64,000 nucleotides of DNA from Marsupella aquatica (Eukaryota; Plantae; Marchantiophyta), in assembly GCA_973895155.1 (NCBI GenBank), contig OZ316897.1, positions 4,310,211-4,374,210 on the forward strand. The letters run 5' to 3'. Below the pieces are notes generated by a model. The model saw only the letters and a program-made list of their open reading frames with translations, was not told the origin of the DNA and did no database searches. Positions 49,701-62,406 of this stretch are shown here, in pieces. The position numbers were made by a program, and so were the translations under genes. The stretch's first letter is position 1; each line of letters opens with the position of its first letter.

Positions 49701-52700
49701 GTTTTCGTTCTAATAGTTCACTATTGGAGAAAACTCTTTCTTTCTATACCACTAAAACAATGGATTCGTCACCTCATGATTTCTTAGTGAAGGACCGGCC
49801 AAAGCGTGGCCACGGTTTAAGGTACATACTTTGGAATCCAGGTCAATTGATTCGCATGTCTTGACATATAACCCATTCCTACCCGCATTGCAATTGATAA
49901 TGCTTTCATTTCCCTCAACTGAAAGTTTGCTTGGGTCCCCTACCAGCCCCACTCAGTAGGCAGATCGGCAGTTCCCTGGGTAAGACCTGATACGTCAACA
50001 ATGGAGATAGACAAAGAAGAAATTTCTCTACATCTTAATTGTACTAATTTGAAGCAAGGACAACCATTTGCTTTGGCATATTTTCACATATGACTGTTGT
50101 GAAAGTGTTGTCTGTTATAGTTCCAATGATATGCTCCTAAACTCGAGCAGTAAGGTCTCAGCTTCTCTACGAGCCCTCTCTACAGTCTCATTGTAGTTAC
50201 TGCAAATGTAGCTTTCGATAAGATCCTGCATGAACCTTTCACCGGTAATGCAATCTCCAGTCTACTCTTGGCCCATAGTAACATGGGCCAGTATAGCAAA
50301 ATTGTGTGTCGAGATGCCAATAGTGACAAGCGTTTTCGCCTGTTTTCCTCAGTGATCGGCAATTCGAGATGTTGATTCATTCAAACAACAAATTGAAGCG
50401 ATATATTACTTAGCGAATGATAAAACGTACCCTTTTGCCTCTCCGTGTCGTACATCTATATCTATGTTTGCAGCCGGTTTACACGCACCGAGCTTCTTGA
50501 TGAGTCCCCACTTGACAAATCTTCTTTTTAATCAATTATAACATTCAAACGACCAAAGGGCGTTCATCTTTTTTCTTTCCATCCAACACGCTTTCCTCAC
50601 CTGCCTCAATTAGCCTTGCTTTAGCCTCATCATGATTCTGCTGCCTTCCGCTTTGACCATCTTCCACATCATTCAACTAGTGCATTTTATGTATATCTCT
50701 CAAAATGAATAATGAAATAAAAGGGGATATTCAATCCTCTATGGAAAAAAGATCATTATGAGGCTGAGCGATAAAGGGGGCACCTTAAGATATAGAACCA
50801 CAAAATAGCACAGACAACATAACCTGAGTAGTCTTTATCCAAATTCGCATACGGTAGATGTTGATTCAATGCATTGTTTATGGCCAGCAAATACTTTAGG
50901 CAGTCCACAGCCAGGACGAACATACAATAAAAGCACAAAATTAAAATCGAATTAAATAAAGTAACCTTCTGAAGATCTTACCAGCTGGAAGCTCTAAGAT
51001 AACAAGATGAACTTTGATTTTTAAAGCCGGAATTGTAAACACAATTGGGATTTTTCTGGCAGCAAGTAGAGATGGGAAAGTGGAATTTCCAACTGAGTGT
51101 TTGTTACATCGGCTTTTCAAGGAGATAACAGATCCATGGAGACTACTTGGGGAGCGGGGGAGGGGGGGGGGGGGGGGGGAAGGTGGTAACTGAAGGGTTT
51201 CATGATGAACTTCCCATAAACAGGCCCAAGTACCATAATCAAAAGATATATCATTCAAAGAATGCCCCAAGCAGGATTTCCCCGCCCTGATCCCCCACAA
51301 ACCTATCTCTTGCCAGCTTGTGTTCGTATAGTGAAGTTACTACAACCCATATATGAAATGGAGGAGAGCATGATAATTAAATTAGTAATGGGGATACGCT
51401 AGTAATTCCAACCAGTTTGTGTAATAGTAACAAGTTAAAGTTTTACTCTTCTTTACCAGGATTTGAAGGCACAACTTAAAACTGGGAAAATGAATGTTTT
51501 GAAAACTCTACAAATGAGCCTACTAACAGCCCACAGTCTGAGTATTATGGTGTCAACAACCATGCATGTTGGTGCTACAGTGGTTGCCTTAGCACGATAA
51601 ATCAGGAAGAGTTGTCAACTTTGAGTCTTTGACGAAGAATTTGGTTCAATAAAAAGATTAGAGCAGAGAGAAGCAGTGTACTCCAGATATGGAGTTAAAG
51701 AATTGAAAATAGAAGCACTCAAGCTGTCCATGCATGAGAGTCCTGATAAGAGTCCCTGGTTTTGACCTGACGGGTAACTTGACGCCTTGCCCAGCACATA
51801 AAATCGTCAAATGACAGCCCCAAAATGTCCCATTTGAAACATATTCCTAGTTATTCCCCGGCCCAAACTTTCCTGAACTCGGTCCCAACTTGGTCCCGAG
51901 GTCCCCCAGACTCCCCCCGTCTAGCGAGCCGGTCCTCCCAGTTTGGGGTCACGGTCGGGGCCGGGCAGGGGGCCAGGCGAGGTTGGGGCCAGGCCGGGTC
52001 GAAAACCCGGATGACTGGATGGGTCGACACCCCCAATATGCCCGTCATGGCCAAACCCGGGAAGAGTCTTGCTGGAGTGAGAAACCAATTGCTGCTCGAC
52101 AGTTACAGGAGGAATAGGCATCACTCAGTAGGTCACTTGCTGCCAACCGCTACAGTACTTAATTATGATAGCTCACAATATTTTATTTGAGACAGGGACG
52201 CACCGATCGGATCGTTCGTGTATATAAATTGAACATACATCCACAATCTACAAGGCAGCATTCCCTTTCCTACTGATAACTGGATAACGTAAATCTAGGG
52301 CCCTTCCTTATTTCTAGCTGCTAAGTACAGTAGGTCAAACCGGAACTAAGACCATGACGAACACTTCAAACGAATTGACAGGACGGAGAGTTCTGACGCG
52401 CCACACAGGACTCAGGTAGCCAGGCCATTATCGTAATGATAAACTCGAACACAACCACTTGTACATAATTATATAACAAGAATTTTTGTTACGACTGTCT
52501 TGCTAGATACGGATCATTCTATAGTCGAGTTAAAGAACGAAAAATAATGATGCTGCACTTGAGATGTACATGATAGATAAGTCAGAGTCTTGATGAAGGG
52601 AATCAAATTGCGGCTCCACAAGGACAGGAGGCGTCAATGGATCTGTTGCTCTCAACAGCTACTATACTTCAGTAAGCAGATAGCTCGTTCAATTAATCGC

Positions 52701-54680
52701 GATAGGGAAGCTTCGATCGGATCTTTCAGGTATATCAATCGAACGATTACATCTGAGGCAGCAATCCCTCACTTCCTGTAACTGATAAAGTAAATGTAGG
52801 GCCCGTACTTCATTCTTCGACTGTAACTCTCACCCTGAAGAGCGACGAGCCTGGTGAAGAGCACTGCAAACGGGAGCGATCTGAGGCGTCCAACCGAACT
52901 CAGTTAGCCAGGCCATTACGGTAATGGATCACGTGTACATGTAGAACAAAACTTTACATTAAGACGAGACAATCATGGGCATTACATTGGGATTGTTTTA
53001 GATCGATCATTGATCAGTTGAATCGAAGGAACTTGTTGACATAATTCACCGTAGAGTTCGAAGTAAGAAGGGGACGGTTTGTTGAGAATGAAGGTTAACT
53101 TGATGGAACACCCGGCATTTCGATCTCCGTCTACAATTTGTGTGCATGCACACGACGAGTGGGGTCATCCAGGTGCTTCAGGGCACTTGAAGACTGTCAG
53201 AAGCTCAATGGTCGTGGCATGTCTGCAAGCAAAACCCGGCCGGGTTGTGAGTGGGTTGGGTGTCGATATCGTAAGAATGTATGTCGAATACTGCCGGGAA
53301 TACTGCAAGAGGTCATCCACACAGCTTTCGACTCGACCCTATCACATTCACAACGAGGACTTGGACTGAATTGAGCCTTGTTAATTTGATTCAAAATGGT
53401 TTCGTCAGCAAATCTTTCTTTCCTTGGTGGTACGACACCGGCTAATAATTTACGTCGATTCCGACAATGAGCGTTCAATGCAGACAGTTTGACTTACTAT
53501 ACTCTCAATTTCCCCGCTGCACGAAAGTCTGAATCAGTGAACTAATGTGAATGGCAGCTTTCGCTATAAAATCACAAATTGTGTGCAGCACGTGCCTGGA
53601 GTAGCGTCGAGATCTAAGTTTATACAATTGCGTTGTCTAACTTTGGTATTACCCGCATACTTCACCAGATAAGCATCTTTTTGTGAAGAATACAGCACAG
53701 CTGATAATATACAAAGCTTGCGAATCAATTATAGGGCAAATCGTCAAAACAGCTGCGGCTTCATCCATGCATTGCCTTTCCGTCTAGGTCTTTGATCGTC
53801 GATAATTGAAGCCAGAGCGAGACAGGTGAAACGAAAGCCAGTGAGGAGACAACGAGGTTGAAATGGACAACCTATAAATGCACAATCAGAAACGTACTCA
53901 TCAACGTTGCGAAAGTCAGACAACAAAAATTGTCCAGCCAGTTGAAGGGTTAATTCCGAAGTAGGGAGAGATGGGTTGCGGCGGATGGCGCGCGGGCCTC
54001 TTTGGGCTTTCCACAACCGGGTAAGCGAACTGCTATAGGAAAGCTTTTCCCTTAAGATGTCTACACCCTCCAGAATGTGTAGCTTCCAGTCCATCGATAG
54101 AATCGTCAAACGATTCTTCTTCGCGTTGATAGCCCTAAGAAACTTTGTCTTGGCTCGAATCATCACTTCTGTCATGACTTGAATCCGACGTACCGATTCT
54201 AAAATATTGACAGAAACTATTAACGAAAGATAACTCAATCAAGTAACACGACGCAATTTATTTCCCAATTCCACAATTCGTGCGGTCAAGTAAAGAAAGT
54301 AGCACAATGTCTACAATTTATTTTCTGCTAGCTTCACAGACGTTGCAGAAGCACGTGTCCTTGCACTGAACTAAAATGGGAACCTCTCGAACAGCTACTT
54401 ACGAATCGATCAGCTACATACGAATCGATCAAAACACGTCGAACTCGAGTCCATCAGGATGCCATTGCCAAATCTAATTATACCTTCGGGGTGTAGCGCC
54501 GCAGAAAGAGATCCAGCATAGCCACATGCAGTCCCCCACAATCATAATGAATCTGGCCTCTGGTCATTATCCTGCATCTAGCTGGACAATTGCGAACTAT
54601 CGAACGTCGGGAAGGTGATGTCTCAACGTAGCCATTCTGCAGAGTGCTCAAACATTCGTCCAGTCCATTGACAGTCTGCC

Positions 54681-55739
54681 TCAAACTGTTGGTGCTCGAT
54701 GCACGAAGTCAGCCCAAGTTTTAGGAACGTAATCTTGGTCTGAAGCATGCGGCGGAGAGAAGTTGTTCGGTCCACTGGGAACCGCCCTCAGGCTGCTGGA
54801 AGCATGGGGTTGCTGCATTCTCTCAGCCGAAGTTGTAGGAACGTATTCTTGGGCTAAAGCATGCGGCGGAGAGAAGTTGTTCGGTCCACTGGGAACCAGC
54901 CTCAGGCTTCCGGAACCATGGGGCTTCTGCACTCTCTCAGCCGAAGTTGTGGGAACGTCATCATCGGCTGAAGCATGTGGCGGAGAAAAGTTGTTCGGTC
55001 CACTGGGAACCAGCCTCAGGCTTCCGGAACCATGGGGTTTCTGCACATTCTCAGGCGAAGTTGTAAATACGTCATCTTGGGCTGAAGCATGCGGCGGAGA
55101 AAAGTTGTTCGGTCCACTGGGAACCAGCCTCAAGCTGCCGGAACCATGGAGCTGCTGCACTCTCTCAGCCGAAGTTGTAGGAACGTCATCTTGGGCTGAA
55201 GCATGCGGGGGAGAAAAGTTGTTCGGTCCACTGGGAACCAGCCTCAAGCTGCCGGAACCATGGGGCTTCTGCACTCTCTCAGCCGAAGTTGTAGAAACGT
55301 CATCTTGGGCTGAAGCATGCGGCGGAGAAAAGTTGTTCGGTCCACTGGGAACCAGCCTCAAGCTGCCGGAACCATGGAGCTGCTGCACTCTCTCAGCCGA
55401 AGTTGTAGAAACGTCATCTTGCGCTGAGGCATGCGGCGGAGAAAAGTTGTTCGGTCCACTGGGAACGAGCCTCAGGCTGCCGGAGCCATGGGGCTGCTGC
55501 ACTCTCTCAGCCCAAGTTGTAGGAACGTCATCTTGGGCTGAAGCATGCGGCGGAGAAAAGTTGTTCGGTCCACTCGGAACCAGCCTCAGGCTACTCGAAG
55601 CATGAGGCGGAAATGTGTTCGGTCCACTCGGAACCAGCCACAGGCTGCTCGAATCAACCGGAAGAAGCCTTGCAGAGCTCACAACAGTGCAGAGCAACAG
55701 AAAGCTCAACACTGTCGACAATCTGCCACAGAAACCCAT
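54681..55739 (-). CDS. Secreted multi-repeat CLE/SGP-like peptide precursor (9 peptide domains)
   Basis: 352-aa intronless ORF with signal peptide MGFCGRLSTVLSFLLLCTVVSSA|RLLP. Contains 7x RLVPSGPNNFSPPH, 1x RAVPSGPNNFSPPH and 1x WLVPSGPNTFPPH, in a 38-aa (114-bp) period. Confidence 0.88.
   Translation of the reverse strand: MGFCGRLSTVLSFLLLCTVVSSARLLPVDSSSLWLVPSGPNTFPPHASSSLRLVPSGPNNFSPPHASAQDDVPTTWAERVQQPHGSGSLRLVPSGPNNFSPPHASAQDDVSTTSAERVQQLHGSGSLRLVPSGPNNFSPPHASAQDDVSTTSAERVQKPHGSGSLRLVPSGPNNFSPPHASAQDDVPTTSAERVQQLHGSGSLRLVPSGPNNFSPPHASAQDDVFTTSPENVQKPHGSGSLRLVPSGPNNFSPPHASADDDVPTTSAERVQKPHGSGSLRLVPSGPNNFSPPHALAQEYVPTTSAERMQQPHASSSLRAVPSGPNNFSPPHASDQDYVPKTWADFVHRAPTV
54700..55650. repeat. 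Coding tandem repeat, 114-bp unit x8
   Basis: TTGTTCGGTCCACT at 54763, 54877, 54991, 55105, 55219, 55333, 55447 and 55561. Confidence 0.97.
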
Positions 55740-57204
55740 GGTGGCCAGCGACTACGTACTGATCGACGGGAAATCTAGAGGAGATTGAGGACAAAGAAAC
55801 ACTGAGAATCTAGAGGAGATTGAGGACGGCCTCCTGAAGAAATATGACAGGAGAAGCCCCGTGACGAAAATGCGTCCACATGGAATAGAAACTTCAACAG
55901 GCTTAAAAGGTTTTTATGTAAAGAGGGAGGGGCCTCGGGGAGGAAAAATAAGGCTTCCTCACCAAGCAAGTTTTCTGACTTTTAGTTAGCGTCACTAATC
56001 GGCTGATTAGACAGATTAATAGCCTTTATTTATTAGTAAGAGCATTCCTAGTGGTCGGCCAACATGGCCCGGAGGATAAATCAGAGGTTCAGCCAACAAT
56101 GACCCAAACATGAAACCCCACCAGAGCTGTTTGTGGGGGCAGTAGCCCAGGCTTGATGACCCAAACATCAAACCCCACCAGGCCTGCTTGTGGGCCCAGC
56201 CTTTTTGACACTCGCAATTGGCAGTCTTGTGCTCAGGAGCCGACCCAACAAAGCCCTGGAAATGGGTCTGATAGGGTGTCTAAAATATAATTAAACCCCT
56301 TTTGCTCTTCCACGGGAAAGGGCCAGAGCCCATAATGTGGCCTGCGGGTGAGTTTGAATTTTCACAACACTAGTGTGCAGGCTAGGCTAGTTATATAGGG
56401 AGGGCCATACAATTATTTTCTTGCCCATCCCTTTGAACTTAAATCCAAACTGCACTGAGACTGCCCACTGGCTAAATTTGAGATCCCCTAATGGTGCTGA
56501 ATTATCAAATTGGTGCCATTTGACAACTCTGGTTGGAGTATCTTTGGGCCTGCGCTCTCATAGTAGTGTATACAGGCACAATTTTTAAGGTTTTCTCATT
56601 TTGCTGAGGATGCTGAAAGTCACCTCATTTGAAAGAGAAAATGCTAAGAATATTCCTTAACCCACAGCTGCACCTATAAACCCTAAAACCCTACCCCTAG
56701 CTCTCATTGTATATAATTGCACAAGTTCAGTTTTATTATGAATGGACTTGAGCTCCACAAAAGGTGTTAGAGTGTTACACCTTTTAGAATGAGTAGTGAA
56801 ACATGAAATGGGGCTTTTATAAAGGTAAGTGTGATTTAACAAATATTCCTAGATTAATTTCTGATTGTGAGAATTAAGGATATATTATCATCAGATTGTG
56901 GCACAAGAGAGAGGGAAGGGGCAAGATCTTATCTCAGATCCCTCACTTTGGCATCTTTCCCTTAGCTCAACATCTTTCATTTCAACATCTTTTCTTTGTT
57001 TCAACATATTGTTCTTTTCTCAACATCTTGCCTTCATCTTAAAAAAAATTATACAACGCATGTTTTCTTTGTTTAAACATATTGTTCTTTTCTCAACATC
57101 TTGCCCTCATCTTAAAAAAATTTACACAACACAGGGATAGGGCTGGTAGATTATATATTTTTTTAAATTTGACAATTTGATGTACAATTCCCGATAAATC
57201 TCGA

Positions 57205-57545
57205 ACGGGCCCACGTGGGCCTCCCCTATAGTACGACCGCGAGATGATCTCTGTCTCCTCCGCCGCTCTTTCCGATGCGCGGCGCCTGGCCCCACTCGGC
57301 CCCACTCGGCCCCTCTCGGCCCCGGCCCCTCTCTCGCTCGCTCGCTCGCTCCCTTGCTTGCTCGCTCTCTTGCCCCTGCGTGTCGTGAGCTTTTTCCTCT
57401 TCACTCTTCACCATCATCACCGAGGGGATTGAGAATTGGCGGACGAGGACCTTGCACGGGCGCCTGCGAGATTTCTCTCGAAGAGGAGGGGAGGGACTGA
57501 TGCTCGGGGGACGCTTTTATCCGCTTCTCTTCCTGCTCTTCTGCG
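57205..57545 (+). promoter_or_regulatory. Probable promoter and first non-coding exon of the 58855 gene
   Basis: Site II/TCP-like palindrome GGGCCCACGTGGGCC at 57207-57221, a CT/GC-rich leader, and a donor CG|GTATGT at 57545 followed by a pyrimidine/GT-rich intron. Confidence 0.5.
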
Positions 57546-58854
57546 GTATGTATCTAGTCGACTTTCTGCCTCCCTGTGTTTCTCTCTGTGTTTCTCTCTG
57601 TGTTTCTCTCTGTGTGTTTTGAGTGTTTGGCTTGAGAGTGGGTCTTTGAATGTCTGGTAGGGTTGTGACGGAGGTGGCGTTCAGTTGGTGGTGTATGGTG
57701 GACTGTGGGTGTGTTTTGTGGTGCCATTACGCGGATTGTTTGAGTTTCTCGTGACCAAAATGTGTGCGCGTGATGGGAAAGTGAGACAGGACGCATTGAA
57801 ATTGTTGAGGCCATGAAGAGATGAATAAGAAGCAGTTGGCTTTTATTTTCTGTCGTTTGTTTTGGGAGTTCAAGGAAACACTATGAGGATGGATACGCGT
57901 AAGATGCGTTTCCTGTGCTCTCCGTTTTCTCGTCTTCTGATTGAGGAAAGAAATTACATCCAAGAGAAGGAAGGAAGGCTCGTTTGTTCTGTCTTCTGTG
58001 TGAAAAGTTTAGGGTTTTGAGGAAAAACCTTACCAGCAAGAAGAGAAGAAGGAAGAATTGATTGTTCTGTATTCTTGGTGAAGAGTTTAGGGTACAATTG
58101 TAGAAAAGGATTCGCTTCGGATGCGCTTGTTGTGTCCTCTTCTCTGGAGGACAAGAATTACAGATAGGAAAGAGAACGTTATCCTCTCCAATGGCTATCT
58201 ACTCGCGTTACCTTACCGGGCAAAAGACGCTTTGCACAAACGAACAATAACATTTTCTGAGCGGAAAAGTGTTTCGTTCAGTGCCGGAGTGGGGAGTGTC
58301 TTGTTGTGCTTCGCAATGTAACACATGAGGGTATTCATGTTTACTCTGATATTTTTTTCTTCAGTGAAGAAGGAGAAATGATAGGGAATGAAGTACAAGC
58401 AGGTCGTTTTTCTATTCGCACCCGTAGCAGAGCTTGTGTTGGCGTATCAGTGATTGCATTCTTTTTAATGAAATAAATATGTGCAGCTTGATTGTTGCTA
58501 CGGACGCAGGAAAGTAAGGGAAGCAGCGATTTGCTTATTGAAGTACCACGTTGCTCAGGGATTCTCGAGGGTTGAAGCTTGGATATTGGGATGAAAATCT
58601 ACAGGGTTCTCTAGTCTACGCTCAGTAGCGGAGGACATGAACGGGGAAAGGGTGACGTGCCCGGGTCCTGTTAAATTGGGGCAGAGCAGGGGATTTGCTT
58701 AACTGGGTTAGAGAGTTGAAGGCTGGAGGAGTTCAGTGAAATAGTGACGTGTTCAGACAGGACTCAGATGCTTGTTGTACGGGAAAAGATTGAAGAGCTG
58801 ACCAAATAAGGAGCCAGTTGAGGAATCTGATCGAAGCACAAATAGTGAGGAGCG

Positions 58855-60593
58855 ATGGTGGGACCTCATAGTTTGGGAGTGGTGATGCATGTTGCCGAGT
58901 TGGCTGATGTAGCCTGGAGCGCACGAGAGCGCCATCGGGAACATGTCTTATTAGAGAAGGAACAAGAGTTGGAGCATGCGCAGACGGAAGAAGCTTTAGA
59001 AAAAGAGCGTTTGGAAAATGAGAGGTTACGGGCGGCTTTACAAGCGTATGAAAATGCTCTCCAGAAAGAGCTCGAGCGTCAGGGCTCAGCTGAGACCCTT
59101 GTTGAATCGTTGCACCTTTCTCGAGAGAGTTCTCTGGATGTAAGTGATCACTCCGCCGTCCGCGTTACAGCCTTTACGTGACCTCTCTTCCTTGTTTTTG
59201 CCTCTGGAGGACTACCGCGTTCAGAAATATGCAAAATGGTCCCCCAAATTCTCCACTAGGCTTCCTTCGTATATCAACTCTCTTCTTCATTGATATGAGG
59301 ATTGACACTGAGCCTGTGGCGTTCATTGTTAAAATGCAGTTGTACGACCAACTGAAGAAGAGGGTGGAATCACCCGCCTTTCTGCAGAAACTGAAGGATC
59401 TGCCTCGTGTTGATGGTGAAGACTCATCAGGTGTGATGAAAACCGAAGGTGGGAAGGACAACTCTATCGTTTTTAGCTGCTTTGGGAGTAGATCTTGTTT
59501 TCCCAGTTGAGTGTGGAAAGGGTCTTGGGGAAAGGTTTGCTTGATATAGTCCACTCTGCGAAACAGGGAGAAAATTTAAATTGTAAACTTTGGCCGGGTT
59601 AAAACGTGGAATCTTGAAAGTAGAATTATCATGGTTTTATTCATGACAGGGTATTAAATTCTAGACTCGTGTGCAGATGGTGTGTTCGTGAATCCTAATT
59701 CAGAGGATCCGAACTGGTGGCTATTGGTTGATGATGACTTTTTGGGATCCGAATCTAAGGTAGAGAAGGATGGCCTGGATTCAGACGGTTATGTGGTCGT
59801 CAATCAGGATGACTTTGTAGATGGCATTGCGAGTTGCCTTGCCAAATATATATCCTCAATGCCGCAAGCAAAGGTATTTTCTTGCCGCTATGTCGACGCA
59901 ACAGAATAAAAAACTTGTGGTCTCTGATTCGACTTGCAGTTTTTTTTTTCTATTTGCAAGTTGTCTCCAACTCTTTTCACATATTCATGCTGACTTAAAA
60001 TTCTGCTCGTTTGGTGGACAGAAAATGAGTGCAAAGGATCTACAAAAAAGTGAGTGTTCTATCACAATAAACTGATATCTAGTTTGTCCGTATCGACTAG
60101 TTTGGAAATGAGAGATCAATACGGCAAAGAGAAGCAATGGAACGTATTCCATTTTAGTGATCTAGGTCACATTTTGTTGTTTCTGTTTTCTGGGCTGAAT
60201 TTCTCCGCGTATGTGAAGGTGTTTTAAACTTCTACTTTTATTTTCGTGCAGCAATCCTGAAGGCCTTTAACCAGGCTGAAAAGAAAGGCAGGATGCGAAA
60301 ATTATGGGAGACTGCCAAGATGTTGTACACTGCCACTTCATGGGGTGCTACTGTATTTGGGTAAGCCTTAGATTGGGAATATTTGCGGTGTGACAATGAT
60401 TTCAGATCCAAGCATGTCTTTGTGTCGAACAACACTATTTAGGTTGCATTTCCCGCTTCTTTTGCCTGAAAATTTGTCGTGCTAAACTGTACTTCTCATG
60501 TTGGGCAGGTTATACAGGCATCCCGTTGTCTTGCAAGCTGCCTCAATGGCATTGTGGACAACATGTTCCTTGATCCTTGCCCTATTGAAATGA
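58855..60593 (+). CDS. Conserved plant uncharacterised protein (N-terminal coiled coil, hydrophobic C-terminus); 6 exons 58855-59139, 59340-59448, 59678-59872, 60022-60049, 60252-60360/1, 60509/10-60593
   Basis: GT-AG splicing yields a continuous frame: ...LENERLRAAL...LYDQLKKRVESPAFLQKL...EDPNWW...GYVVVNQDDFVDGIASCLAKYISSMPQAKKMSAKDLQK.ILKAF...LWETAKMLYTATSWGATVFGLYRHPVVLQAASMALW...*. Confidence 0.85.
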
Positions 60594-61736
60594 ACGTTCT
60601 TAAGTATGATGTTGAAGTGTATGCATGTACATAATTGTTTTCATTCATAGTAATTTACAGGGTACTTGAGTGTAATGTTTAAACCTACAGTGGGCTAATG
60701 TCCACCCAGCGCGCTGTTAGATAGTGTAGGCTTCTTGCCTCAATTTGTATAAATCACCAGTCGATTTATTGATGACCGATTCACGTGTACCATAATGCCA
60801 GACTAATTTGCATTGATGTGAGCTAGGGTAAAGACCTCCGTTGTAATGGACGATGTTATGAGAGGAGATTTATTTTTCCACGGGAACGTGGCATAAATAT
60901 ACTCAGTAGTTCACCTCGCCAAATCTGTGCAGCAGTCTGACCAAACGTGATTTTGATGTTCCTCAGTCTCAGTCCCGTCTATTCAGAATTTTGCGTTTAG
61001 TGCTGGATTTGGTTTGCAACCAATCCAATATGTATACTAGGTCGCGACTCGATATGTTTAGGCTAGAAGCTCGCAAATTTTCAGGTCATTTGATGTCACC
61101 CAAGGGTCTCTTTGTTGTTGGACCTTAAGCTAGCTACATTTACTCAGGGAATGGCCAAAATGGAATCTGTGGGTTGTGCTATTTAACCTACGAGAAGTAA
61201 GGATATCTATAAGTCCTGGCGATATTTACATGGCAAGAATTCTGTCGTGGTTGGACTACGCAAAGAAGATGATGGTGATGATCTGATTTCTGATCTGCGT
61301 GTTGGATTTGGGTTCTGCCACACTATGGTGTATGACTCGTTTTCTGGATTTCCGCTCTCCCACATCAGGTATAACATTTGTCGTTAGCTTTGTTTTGTCT
61401 CATCGGATTTCTGATTGCTTCTGGAAACATGCTTCCTGACAAGAGGGTCTATCCAATTTTTCGTTGCTGACCCTCAAATCTCTCTGTTTTCTGGATTTCT
61501 TGTTATTCTGAAATAACCAAAGGACGATTGAACACGTTCTTTTCTTCAAGTTGTCTGATCTCTATTCAAGACGAGGATCCAGGTTTGAGACGCCCCTCTC
61601 TAAGATCCTCCTACCTTAAATACATTTTTTGACGATTGCTTCTAAAATATAAATTATTCTAGATGTGGTTGTGTTGTGGAATAGATCTCACCGAGATCCA
61701 TGTTTTGGGCTGTAGGTTACCCCCAACGGTGAACCC

Positions 61737-61789
61737 ATGAGATGACAGTGATACCAAAATATAGTGTTCTTTTGGATACATGATTGTAC

Positions 61790-61824
<35 letters not shown>

Positions 61825-61957
61825 ATATATGTGACATGAGTACCACTTAATGGTGAACGCATGAGATGACAGTGATACCCAGATATTTTCAAAAATATAG
61901 TGTTTTTTTTTTTATACATGACTGTACTATATATATATATGTGACATGAGTACCACT
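61737..61957. repeat. Duplicated ~100-120-bp unit, each with a (TA)n microsatellite
   Basis: CATGAGATGACAGTGATACC...TGTACTATATATA...GTGACATGAGTACCACT occurs twice. Confidence 0.85.
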
Positions 61958-62406
61958 GTTTACCAACAGTATTTACACAGGAACGCGCGACAGGCCAAAC
62001 AAGCGTATTGGCTGTCCATTTTGGCTGTCCATTAAAATCCTCTGCTGGCCAGGACTGGACAACATAAATACATACCCTTTATGCTAAGTGGTTTGTAGTA
62101 TGATGCTACCACTAGCCTGTTGTTGCAAAAAACATAGAAGTGGACCAAAAAGGTGGTCTCAACCTACTGTTGTTTGTGTAGATGAATAATTCTTCTACAA
62201 AAAATAAATTTCTGGATACCTTTAGATGTAAACCTTATGTGGAGGATGGAATGATAACCATTGTACCACGGTGTTAACTTCTCAAATAAGTTGGCCAACC
62301 CAGTGAAAACTTTGGAGTACTGAGTGGCATGTAGTCATTTGGTCTGGAGGTGCATAAGCACTTACAAACAGGAGACTTACTTTTTCAGCTTTGCGGAAGA
62401 AGCTCC

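Noticed and set aside
47300-50400. Several 60-100-aa ORFs
   Set aside because: No recognisable motifs or consistent splice structure; treated as intergenic or decayed sequence.
51148-51180. Poly-G run with G-quadruplex potential
   Set aside because: Simple homopolymer in repeat-like DNA, of uncertain length and with no functional context.
37776-52061. 12-bp inverted match CCCGGGTTTGGC / GCCAAACCCGGG as TIRs of a 14-kb element containing the ZIP gene
   Set aside because: No target-site duplication and no further terminal similarity. More likely ends of two separate elements, or chance.
54763-55605. 280-aa antisense ORF over the peptide array
   Set aside because: By-product of an in-frame 114-bp repeat lacking stops. 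It has a non-ATG start and no signal peptide.
54700-55650. CRISPR-like repeat-spacer appearance
   Set aside because: Spacers are near-identical to each other, the array is in frame inside a eukaryotic ORF, and there are no cas genes.
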